Positions 21,094 to 28,953 of a stretch of 31,415 nt of DNA are shown in pieces. The position numbers and the translations under genes are program-made. The DNA lies in IMG/VR virus record IMGVR_UViG_3300017727_000080; one strand, 5' to 3'. Under the pieces are notes generated by a model. It was not told the origin of the DNA. It searched no databases and was given only the letters and a program-made list of their open reading frames with translations. The DNA comes from a virus. Each line of letters begins with the position of its first letter. The first letter of the stretch is position 1.

Positions 21094-23471
21094 TGCAGAA
21101 ACTACAACTATATATTAGTGATGAAAGAATTGATCTATTTAAAGATGAACAGGTTTCGTTTAATCAATCAATACAAAACATTAAAGACCCTGCAAAGATA
21201 TTTACTGAATTTACTCAAACCTTTACAGTTCCAGCTTCTAAAACCAATAATAAAATATTCAAGCATTATTACAACTTTAATATAACTGGAGGTTTTGATG
21301 CAAGAAACAAAGTAGATGCAAAAATAGAATTAAACAATGTAGCTTTTAAACAAGGTTATATAAGACTTGATGGTGTAGACTTAAAACTAAATAAAGCGTA
21401 TGCCTATCGTATTACATTCTTTGGAGAAACAGTAAACATAAAAGACATATTAGGAGATGATAAACTTGGTGCATTAAGTGATTTAGACCAATATAATTTG
21501 AACTATGATGCAACAAATGTAAAAGCAAAATTACAAAATACAAGTGATGCTATATTATGTCCTTTAATAACATCAGGAGCAAGTGGAACAACATCAAGAT
21601 TATATTATGATTCACAAACACACGGTACTGACAATGGTAATTTATATTGGCATACAGGAGGAGGTACTAATTCCAATGGTGTTTACTGGAAGGACTTAAA
21701 ATATGCTATAAGATTATATGAAATAATAGAAGCTATTACAGTTAATTATCCTTCATTAGTTTTCACAGATGACTTTTTTAGTACAAGTAATGCAGAGTTC
21801 TACAATCTACATATGTGGTTACATAGAAAAAAAGGGTTAGTGCAACCTGCTGACCAAGTTACTACATTCCCTACTTTAGTAGATACATTCCCTTTGTCTA
21901 CAATTAACTTTAAAACTACTAACGTAACTGGTTCTGGTATAATAATTAATCAAGGTTATTTACCTACTATACTACAACAACTAACTATACAAACCTCATC
22001 AACAGAACCCTATGATGTAATTATAAATCGTAATGGTACAGTATGGGCATCATTCACACAACAAACAGGTAATAATACTTACGACCCTGCAGATATGGGC
22101 TTTATGGATGCTGCTATCTTTACAGTTATAATAAGAGTAAGTGCTAATATAACCTTCTCAAAAATAGAATGGGATTTTGCAGGTTTTGCAGATGGCTCGG
22201 GGTGGAATGATACATACGATACAGGTTCGTTTGGCGCTACTGCTACACTTCAATTTATAATTACTGAACAAATACCTGATATGAAAATATTAGACTTTCT
22301 TACAGGTTTATTTAAGATGTTTAATTTAACAGCTTATTATGTTAGTGATGCACAAGATACAGACTTTGGCAAGATCAAAGTACAGAAATTAGATGATTTT
22401 TATACAGCAGGAACAAGTTATGATATAAGCGAATATGTAGATACAAATACAGGTCAAGTAAATGTAGCTTTGCCATATAGAGAAATAGAGTTTGCTTACG
22501 AGGGAACAGGAACATTATTAGCTTTACAATATGAACAACTACAAGGTAAACGTTGGGGAGCTGAACAGTTTACAGGTAATGCAACAATAGGTAATAATTT
22601 TGATGCTCCTAATCCTGTTTACAAAGTAACACTACCTTTTGAACACTTACAATACGAAAGGTTAGTAGACCAAAATACTACACTATCTGCACCTAACAAT
22701 GAGACAACGATACAATGGGGATATTTTGTAGATGACAACCTTGAAGCATTTTTTGGTAAACCATTAATTTTTTATCCTATTAGACAAACTGGTTCTGGAA
22801 CAACACCAATATCATTTCAAGATGACTTATCAGGAACACATACTAAATTAGAAGATTACTACATACCAAGCAATAGTTTAAGTTTAAGTTCTTCAACAAG
22901 TACAAAAAACATAAACTTTTATTTAGAAATTAATGAATATAGTTTAGAAACAGATTTTACAGGAACATTATTTGAAGAAAACTATTTAACATACATACAA
23001 GACATATTTAATAGTAAAAGAAGATTAACAAAATTAAAAGCCTATTTACCATTAAAGATTATTTATAAGTTAAATATGAATGATAGGGTAGTTATTAATA
23101 ATCAGAGTTATAATATAAACAATATGACTACTAATTTAATAACAGGAGAAAGTTCAATGGAATTACTTAACAATAATTATATTGGAAATGTATCAGGAAA
23201 CTTTAGAGTGTTGACAGACGTATATCATAACACAAGTACACCTGTTTATTATAATTATTACTACTCAAGTCAAATAGGAGCTGCACAAAATTTATCTGTT
23301 GGAGATGTTATATACACAGATACAGCATTAACAACAACATTAGCAGCAGATACATATTATCAAGTTGGTTCAAGCGAAACAACAACAAGATGTACAGATA
23401 GTTCATATCTTATGAGTATGACAGTAAATTCATCAGGAGTTATAACAAACATATTATGTGGTCAACCTTAA
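21093..23471 (+). CDS. Large virion structural (tail tip / baseplate-like) protein
   Basis: 792 aa, by size and position in the tail module. No catalytic motifs recognised. Confidence 0.55.
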   Translation: MQKLQLYISDERIDLFKDEQVSFNQSIQNIKDPAKIFTEFTQTFTVPASKTNNKIFKHYYNFNITGGFDARNKVDAKIELNNVAFKQGYIRLDGVDLKLNKAYAYRITFFGETVNIKDILGDDKLGALSDLDQYNLNYDATNVKAKLQNTSDAILCPLITSGASGTTSRLYYDSQTHGTDNGNLYWHTGGGTNSNGVYWKDLKYAIRLYEIIEAITVNYPSLVFTDDFFSTSNAEFYNLHMWLHRKKGLVQPADQVTTFPTLVDTFPLSTINFKTTNVTGSGIIINQGYLPTILQQLTIQTSSTEPYDVIINRNGTVWASFTQQTGNNTYDPADMGFMDAAIFTVIIRVSANITFSKIEWDFAGFADGSGWNDTYDTGSFGATATLQFIITEQIPDMKILDFLTGLFKMFNLTAYYVSDAQDTDFGKIKVQKLDDFYTAGTSYDISEYVDTNTGQVNVALPYREIEFAYEGTGTLLALQYEQLQGKRWGAEQFTGNATIGNNFDAPNPVYKVTLPFEHLQYERLVDQNTTLSAPNNETTIQWGYFVDDNLEAFFGKPLIFYPIRQTGSGTTPISFQDDLSGTHTKLEDYYIPSNSLSLSSSTSTKNINFYLEINEYSLETDFTGTLFEENYLTYIQDIFNSKRRLTKLKAYLPLKIIYKLNMNDRVVINNQSYNINNMTTNLITGESSMELLNNNYIGNVSGNFRVLTDVYHNTSTPVYYNYYYSSQIGAAQNLSVGDVIYTDTALTTTLAADTYYQVGSSETTTRCTDSSYLMSMTVNSSGVITNILCGQP

Positions 23472-23475
23472 AATT

Positions 23476-23622
23476 ATGATAAAAAATATATTAGAGCTAT
23501 TAAAGATCGTAGACGGAGAAACAGAAACAATTAGAATTGCACAAGGCAAATATAAAATAGCTGAAACTTTTAAAGAAGGATTTAAACAAATAAAAAGAGA
23601 AATAAAATGGCAGAAAAAATAG
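23476..23622 (+). CDS. Possible 48-aa protein (not in the ORF track)
   Basis: Product: MIKNILELLKIVDGETETIRIAQGKYKIAETFKEGFKQIKREIKWQKK. It starts 5 nt after the upstream stop and overlaps the 23607 start. Confidence 0.35.
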   Translation: MIKNILELLKIVDGETETIRIAQGKYKIAETFKEGFKQIKREIKWQKK

Positions 23623-25364
23623 AAGTACAATTATTAGTCGACACTAAAACTTCGGAAAAAAATGTTGAAAATCTGAACAAGGATTTAAAAGAAACAAGTT
23701 CTGACATATCTTCTATTGAAAATGCAGCAGACAAAGCTACTGGAGGTATGGTATCTGGTTTTAAGGGAGCAGCATCAGGTTTAAAAGGTGTTACAAAAGG
23801 ATTTAAAACAGTAGGTGGTGCAATAAAAGCTTCTGGTTTAGGTCTACTTGTTATAACAATTACTGCATTAACTGCTGCTTTTACAAGATCAGAAGAAGGG
23901 CAAAATAAGTTCGCTAAAATAATGGGTGTTCTTGGAGCAGTTACAGATGTATTTGCTGATAAAATTGCAGATTTAGGAGAATTAATCATAGATATTTTTA
24001 CAAAACCAAGTAAAGTATTAGAAGATTTTTCTAATTCTATACAAATCTTTGTAATGGATAAAGTAGATAAAGTAATAAAAGGAATGGGTCTTTTAGGTAC
24101 TGCAATAACTAAAGCGTTTTCTGGAGATTTTAAAGGGGCGTTAGAAGATGCAGGCAGTGGATTTGTAGAATTAAACAGGGGATTAAATCCTGCCGTAATA
24201 CTTACTGAATCATTAGTCAAGTCTACAAAAGAACTAACAAAAGAATTAGTAGAAGAAGGAAAAAAAGCTGGAGAAATTGCTGATATGAGGGCAAAGGCTG
24301 ACAAAGTAGAAAGACAATTACAAATAGATAGGGCTAAAGCAGATAGAGATAGAGCAGAACTTTTAGAACAGGCTGTTAATAAAGAGAAATTTAGTGTTGA
24401 AGAAAGAATATCATTTTTAGAAGAAGCGGGTAAATTAGAAGAAGAAATTACTAATAAAGAAATAGCTGCTGCAAAATTAAGATTAGATGCTAAAATTGCT
24501 GAAAATGCTTTAGGTAAATCAAATAAAGCAGATTTAGATGAAGAAGCAGCATTAAAAGCACAATTAATACAATTAGAAACAGCAAGGCTTACTAAACAAA
24601 AAGAAGTTACAAGTCAAACTATTGCTTTAAAAGCAGAAGAAGCAGCAGCATTAAAAGCTATTGAAGATCAAAAGAAAGCAGATGAAGAAGAAGCTAAATT
24701 ATTAGCTGATGAAGAAGCAGCAGCAAAAAAATTAAAACAAGAAGAAGCAGATAAAGCAGAAATTGAAAGAAAACAAAAACTTGCTGATGAAGAAAAAGCA
24801 ATAGAAGAACAAAAGAGAGCACAACAAGAAGAAACGTTTAACAATGCAGTTGCATTAGCAGGTGCAGAAACAAAACTTGGGAAAATGTTGTTGTTAGCTA
24901 AACAACTTTTATTAGCTAAAGAATTTGTATTAAACGCAAAAGCTCAAATAGCAAATGCTAAAAAAGCAGTAGGAGATGCTGTGGTTAGTGGTGCAGAATC
25001 AAGTACAGAAGTAGCAGGGTCGGTAGCAAAAGCTGCAAACACATCACCCCCTCCATTTAATATTCCTTTTATATTAACGGCATTAGCAACTGGAGCAAGT
25101 GTAATGAGTGCAGTAAATGCTGCAATTAGTTCTACTAAAAGTGCTGCAGCAAGAATTGGAGGAGGAGGAGGAGGCAGTATGCCTACGTCTCCATCTATTA
25201 CTCCAGTAGCACCACCTGCATTTAATGTAGTAGGTCAAGGAGGTACAAGTCAATTAGCAGATGCTATAAGTAATCAAGCACCAATGAGAGCATACGTTGT
25301 AAGTAATGATGTAACAACTGCACAAGGGCTTGAAAGAAATATTGTAGAAGGAGCAACAATATAA
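23607..25364 (+). CDS. Tape-measure-like protein
   Basis: 585 aa. Hydrophobic segments (GLGLLVITITALTAAF; PFILTALATGASVMSAV), a long A/E/K-rich coiled coil and a Gly run (GGGGGS) near the C-terminus. Confidence 0.55.
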   Translation: MAEKIEVQLLVDTKTSEKNVENLNKDLKETSSDISSIENAADKATGGMVSGFKGAASGLKGVTKGFKTVGGAIKASGLGLLVITITALTAAFTRSEEGQNKFAKIMGVLGAVTDVFADKIADLGELIIDIFTKPSKVLEDFSNSIQIFVMDKVDKVIKGMGLLGTAITKAFSGDFKGALEDAGSGFVELNRGLNPAVILTESLVKSTKELTKELVEEGKKAGEIADMRAKADKVERQLQIDRAKADRDRAELLEQAVNKEKFSVEERISFLEEAGKLEEEITNKEIAAAKLRLDAKIAENALGKSNKADLDEEAALKAQLIQLETARLTKQKEVTSQTIALKAEEAAALKAIEDQKKADEEEAKLLADEEAAAKKLKQEEADKAEIERKQKLADEEKAIEEQKRAQQEETFNNAVALAGAETKLGKMLLLAKQLLLAKEFVLNAKAQIANAKKAVGDAVVSGAESSTEVAGSVAKAANTSPPPFNIPFILTALATGASVMSAVNAAISSTKSAAARIGGGGGGSMPTSPSITPVAPPAFNVVGQGGTSQLADAISNQAPMRAYVVSNDVTTAQGLERNIVEGATI

Positions 25365-25368
25365 ATGC

Positions 25369-25395
25369 AAAATTTTTAATTAATAACGTTATATA
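25369..25395 (+). promoter_or_regulatory. Phage-specific promoter-like element, copy C
   Basis: AAAAT at 25369-25373, N12, ACGTTATATA at 25386-25395. ATG at 25400 is 4 nt downstream. It shares 28 of 33 positions with copy D. Confidence 0.55.
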
Positions 25396-25399
25396 AAAT

Positions 25400-25999
25400 A
25401 TGAAGATAGTTGAATTGATACTTGACGAAAATCAAGAAGAATCTGGAATCGAAGCAATATCCATAGTTGAAAGTCCTGCCATTGAAGAAGATTTTATTGC
25501 TTTAAAAAGTAATGAAATTAAACTTGCAGAAATAGATAAAGAAAAAAAGATATTAATGGGAGCTTTGTTAATACCAAACAAACCTATATATCGAAATAAT
25601 GGAGAAGATGAATATTATATATACTTCTCTAAAGATACGGTATTGAAAGCATCCCAAATGTATTTGACAAAAGGTAATCAAAACAATTCTACATTAGAAC
25701 ACCAACATTCATTAAGTGGTTTAAGTTTAGTAGAATCTTGGCTTGTTGAAGATGAAGTACACGACAAGTCCAGAAAGTATGGAATGAATGTACCTGTAGG
25801 AACTTGGATGGGAGCTGTAAAAGTCAACAATGATGAAGTCTGGAATGACTATGTAAAAACAGGTAAAGTTAAAGGGTTTTCTATAGAAGGCTACTTTGCA
25901 GATAAAATGGAACGACCTAAAGATTCCGTTGGTTTATCAGAAGATAAAGAAGCTAATGATCTTATAGAAAAAATAAAAGATATTTTAACTAATGCCTAA
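25400..25999 (+). CDS. Prohead protease, XkdF-like
   Basis: 199 aa. IEAISIVESPAIE, ALLIPNKPIYR, LEHQ, SWLVED, GTWMGAVKVNNDEVWNDYVKTGKVKGFSIEG follow the XkdF-type putative phage serine protease pattern. It lies upstream of the scaffold and capsid genes. Confidence 0.7.
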   Translation: MKIVELILDENQEESGIEAISIVESPAIEEDFIALKSNEIKLAEIDKEKKILMGALLIPNKPIYRNNGEDEYYIYFSKDTVLKASQMYLTKGNQNNSTLEHQHSLSGLSLVESWLVEDEVHDKSRKYGMNVPVGTWMGAVKVNNDEVWNDYVKTGKVKGFSIEGYFADKMERPKDSVGLSEDKEANDLIEKIKDILTNA

Positions 26000-26141
26000 A
26001 AAAACATTTTTTCCAAGTTATACAAGTCCTAAAGGTTCAAGACGTGCTTGTTTATGTAAAGACAAAAATACTTATTCAAGAAAATGTTGTGATGGCTCTT
26101 TATGGGCACAAGGCATAGGAGTTATATCAAGAACAATATGA
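25992..26141 (+). CDS. Cys-rich basic 49-aa peptide (not in the ORF track)
   Basis: Product: MPKKTFFPSYTSPKGSRRACLCKDKNTYSRKCCDGSLWAQGIGVISRTI. The ATG overlaps the end of the protease gene. It fills the gap before promoter copy D. Confidence 0.4.
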   Translation: MPKKTFFPSYTSPKGSRRACLCKDKNTYSRKCCDGSLWAQGIGVISRTI

Positions 26142-26147
26142 AAATGC

Positions 26148-26174
26148 AAAAAAATTAATTAACCACGTTATATA
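26148..26174 (+). promoter_or_regulatory. Phage-specific promoter-like element, copy D
   Basis: AAAAA at 26148-26152, N12, ACGTTATATA at 26165-26174. ATG at 26182 is 7 nt downstream. Confidence 0.5.
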
Positions 26175-26181
26175 TATAATT

Positions 26182-26841
26182 ATGAAATCAACTGAAATGT
26201 TAAACCAAATCAAGACGCTTCTAAATATAGAAGTTAAACTTGAAGAACAAAAACTTGAGAACGGTACTCGTGTAGAAGCAGAATCGTTTGAAAAAGGTAA
26301 AGAGATATTTATTCTTACAGATGACGAAAAAGTTGCTATGCCAGTAGGAGAATACCTACTTGAAGATGGCAGACTTATAGTTGTTGCAGAAGAAGGAATT
26401 ATTGATGACGTTAGAGAAGTATCTGACGAAGTTCCACAAAAGGAAGAAGAATCTAAAGATGAAACCGAAGATTTAGAGTACAAAGACAAAGAAGAAAAAA
26501 TGGATGAAGAAGCTGATGTACAAGACTGGGAAGGTATGGAAAAAAGAATTAAAAATCTTGAAGATGCTATTGCTGATCTTAAATCTAAAGTTGGAGAAAA
26601 AAATATGGAAGAAGAAGTTGAAATGGAAGAAGAAGTTTCAAGACAACCTAAATCAAGAACAGTTAAAGAAGAATTTAACGAAGAAGTAAACGAGCAATTA
26701 AAGGAAGAATTATCACAACCTGCTGCTGCTCCAATTAAACATAATCCTGAATCAGGAAACGCAAAAAAAGAACATTTTAGAATTTCGCCAAATAGAAAGC
26801 CATCTACAATGGACTATATATTAAATCAATTAAATAAATAA
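26182..26841 (+). CDS. Scaffolding protein
   Basis: 219 aa, highly acidic (E/D/K-rich) and helical. It sits immediately upstream of the major capsid gene and downstream of the protease. Confidence 0.65.
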   Translation: MKSTEMLNQIKTLLNIEVKLEEQKLENGTRVEAESFEKGKEIFILTDDEKVAMPVGEYLLEDGRLIVVAEEGIIDDVREVSDEVPQKEEESKDETEDLEYKDKEEKMDEEADVQDWEGMEKRIKNLEDAIADLKSKVGEKNMEEEVEMEEEVSRQPKSRTVKEEFNEEVNEQLKEELSQPAAAPIKHNPESGNAKKEHFRISPNRKPSTMDYILNQLNK

Positions 26842-26853
26842 AAATAAATAATT

Positions 26854-27822
26854 ATGCCACAACCAACTATTACTACTACTTATGCTGGAGAATTTGCAGG
26901 TAAGTACATTGCTGCTGCTCTTTTGAGTGGTAACACATTAAGTCAGGGTGCTATCGAAATTAAGCCTAACATTAAGTTCAAAGAAGTTATGAAAAAAGTT
27001 GTTACTTCTGGTTTAATTACTGATGACTCTTGTGACTTCACATCTGCTGGAACTGTAACACTTACTGAAAGAATTATACAGCCAACAGAATTTCAAGTTA
27101 ACCTTGAATTATGTAAAACACCTTTTGAATCAGACTGGGGAGCTGTATCTATGGGCTATTCAGCTTTTGATAATTTACCTCCTGATTTTTCGAGTTTCTT
27201 AATAGCTCACGTTGCAGAACAAGTATCTGCTAATACAGAAAGCAATATCTGGCAAGGGAATCTTGGAGGTGCACAAGCTGGAGAATTTGACGGATTCACA
27301 ACTTTAGCTACTGCTGATGCAGACGTAATTGATGTTGCCGCTGTAGGTGGTGGTGTTAATTCTGGAAACGTAATTGCAGAACTTGGAAAAATCGTTGATG
27401 CAATTCCATCTACTTTATATGGTAAAGATGATTTACACATCTACGTTTCACAAAACATTGCTAAAGCCTATGTAAGAGCTTTAGGTGGATATGCTGCTAT
27501 AACTAACGTTGCAGGAACTGAAAATGTAGGTTCTGTAGGAGCAAATGGTATTGACAACAGAGGTACACTATGGTATGCTGGAGGAGAAAATCTTTCTATT
27601 GACGGTGTAAAAATCTTTGTTGCTAATGGTTTACCAAACAATTATGCAATGGCTGCTCAAAGAAGTAACCTTTACTTTGGAACTGGATTAATGTCTGACT
27701 ACAATCTTGTAAAATTGATTGATATGGCAGATATTGACGGAAGTAAAAACGTAAGAGTAATTATGAGATTTACTGCTGGAGTACAGTACGGAATAGGGTC
27801 TGAAATAGTACTTTATTCTTAA
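26854..27822 (+). CDS. Major capsid protein (HK97-fold type)
   Basis: 322 aa. Its position after the protease and scaffold, its size and composition, and the strong terminator that follows all fit a major capsid protein. Confidence 0.8.
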   Translation: MPQPTITTTYAGEFAGKYIAAALLSGNTLSQGAIEIKPNIKFKEVMKKVVTSGLITDDSCDFTSAGTVTLTERIIQPTEFQVNLELCKTPFESDWGAVSMGYSAFDNLPPDFSSFLIAHVAEQVSANTESNIWQGNLGGAQAGEFDGFTTLATADADVIDVAAVGGGVNSGNVIAELGKIVDAIPSTLYGKDDLHIYVSQNIAKAYVRALGGYAAITNVAGTENVGSVGANGIDNRGTLWYAGGENLSIDGVKIFVANGLPNNYAMAAQRSNLYFGTGLMSDYNLVKLIDMADIDGSKNVRVIMRFTAGVQYGIGSEIVLYS

Positions 27823-27843
27823 TAAATTAAATTAACCAAAAAT

Positions 27844-27882
27844 AAAGGGTAGGTGGGTATATGCTTACTTACCCTTTTTTTT
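27844..27882 (+). terminator. Rho-independent terminator
   Basis: AAAGGGTAGGT / ACTTACCCTTT stem (one G-U pair), 12-nt loop, T run of eight. Confidence 0.7.
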
Positions 27883-27901
27883 ATAAAATAAAATATAAAC
27901 T

Positions 27902-28429
27902 ATGGCTTGTACATTAAACACAGGGAGAAAATTACCTTGTAAAAGTGCCTTCGGTGGCATAAAAACAGTTTGGTTTGGAGATTTCGGAGGTATTACTGGT
28001 GTAACTGTAGATTCTACTACAAAACAAGTAACAACTATCGCAGGAACACAACCTGACTGGTATCAATTTGATGTAAAGGGTAATTCTTCACTTGAAACTA
28101 CTGTAACAAGTTCAAGAGAAAATGGAACTACTTTTTATACTCAAACATTAAATTTAACACTAACATTCCTTGATGCTAAAACACAAGCTGAATTGCAAGA
28201 AATAGCTAAAGCAAGACCTTATGTTTGTGTTGAAGATTACTACGGAAATCAATTCTTATGTGGACTTGAAAACGGAATGGAGTTTGTTTCAGGAACAGTA
28301 GTTTCTGGAGCTGCTGCAGGAGATTTATCAGGATTCACTTTAGTAATGGAAGGTCAAGAAGAATTAGCTCCTTACTTTTTAGATTCAGGATTGATTGTTG
28401 CAAACGCAGCACAAATAGTACCTAACTAA
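27902..28429 (+). CDS. Tail-tube-like major virion protein candidate
   Basis: 175 aa, beta-rich. It is bracketed by two strong terminators, which suggests an abundant product. The general pattern resembles siphophage tail-tube proteins, but I cannot name a specific family. Confidence 0.45.
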   Translation: MACTLNTGRKLPCKSAFGGIKTVWFGDFGGITGVTVDSTTKQVTTIAGTQPDWYQFDVKGNSSLETTVTSSRENGTTFYTQTLNLTLTFLDAKTQAELQEIAKARPYVCVEDYYGNQFLCGLENGMEFVSGTVVSGAAAGDLSGFTLVMEGQEELAPYFLDSGLIVANAAQIVPN

Positions 28430-28450
28430 TATTTATTGATATTAAATTAA

Positions 28451-28477
28451 GAGCATCCTTCGGGGTGCTTTTTTTTT
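28451..28477 (+). terminator. Rho-independent terminator
   Basis: GAGCATCC-ttcg-GGGTGCTT hairpin with a UUCG-type tetraloop, followed by a T run. Confidence 0.75.
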
Positions 28478-28493
28478 GCTTTAACATTTTCAC

Positions 28494-28520
28494 AAAATAA
28501 CTTATTTATTACGTTATATA
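28494..28520 (+). promoter_or_regulatory. Phage-specific promoter-like element, copy E
   Basis: AAAAT at 28494-28498, N12, ACGTTATATA at 28511-28520. ATG at 28525 is 4 nt downstream. Confidence 0.55.
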
Positions 28521-28524
28521 TAAA

Positions 28525-28953
28525 ATGATTGTATTAAAGACCACAGCTTCGGCTCAAAACTTTGAAGTTATCCCAAGAGTATATGGGGATGAATTTACTT
28601 TATCAATAAGAGACGATAGTACAAACAACATACAAACATATCAGGTAACTAATGCCACAACAACTGGTAATTATTTAACGTTTAGTCAAGCATTTAGTCC
28701 TGTTTTAGTTGAAGGTCATTTTTACGATTTAGAATTATATACAGACCCAAATTTTTGGAATACTAATTATTTTTTATGGGAAGTTTATAATGAATTTTGG
28801 AATGTAGATACAACAAACATTGTAGATATATTTAAAGACAAGATTTTCTGTACAGACCAAGAAATAGATCAAATGGATAATTTATACTATAACATCAATC
28901 AAGGTCAATACATAACAGACAATTCTTATAATAATGATTACATTGTAATATGA
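28525..28953 (+). CDS. Hypothetical structural-module protein (142 aa)
   Basis: ORF-track entry. First gene after promoter copy E, with an ATGA overlap to the portal gene. Confidence 0.5.
   Translation: MIVLKTTASAQNFEVIPRVYGDEFTLSIRDDSTNNIQTYQVTNATTTGNYLTFSQAFSPVLVEGHFYDLELYTDPNFWNTNYFLWEVYNEFWNVDTTNIVDIFKDKIFCTDQEIDQMDNLYYNINQGQYITDNSYNNDYIVI

Noticed and set aside
23582-24304. 240-aa minus-strand ORF antisense to the tape-measure-like gene
   Set aside because: It lies entirely inside a well-supported + strand gene in a compositionally biased (A/E/K-coding) region. Its product is low-complexity (S/F/P/N-rich). No other gene in the genome is on the minus strand.
26127-26689. Minus-strand ORF 26127-26489 and plus-strand off-frame ORF 26504-26689 in the scaffold gene
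   Set aside because: They are by-products of GAA/AAA-rich repeats that code for the acidic scaffold. The translations are poly-S or poly-K/L low-complexity sequence.
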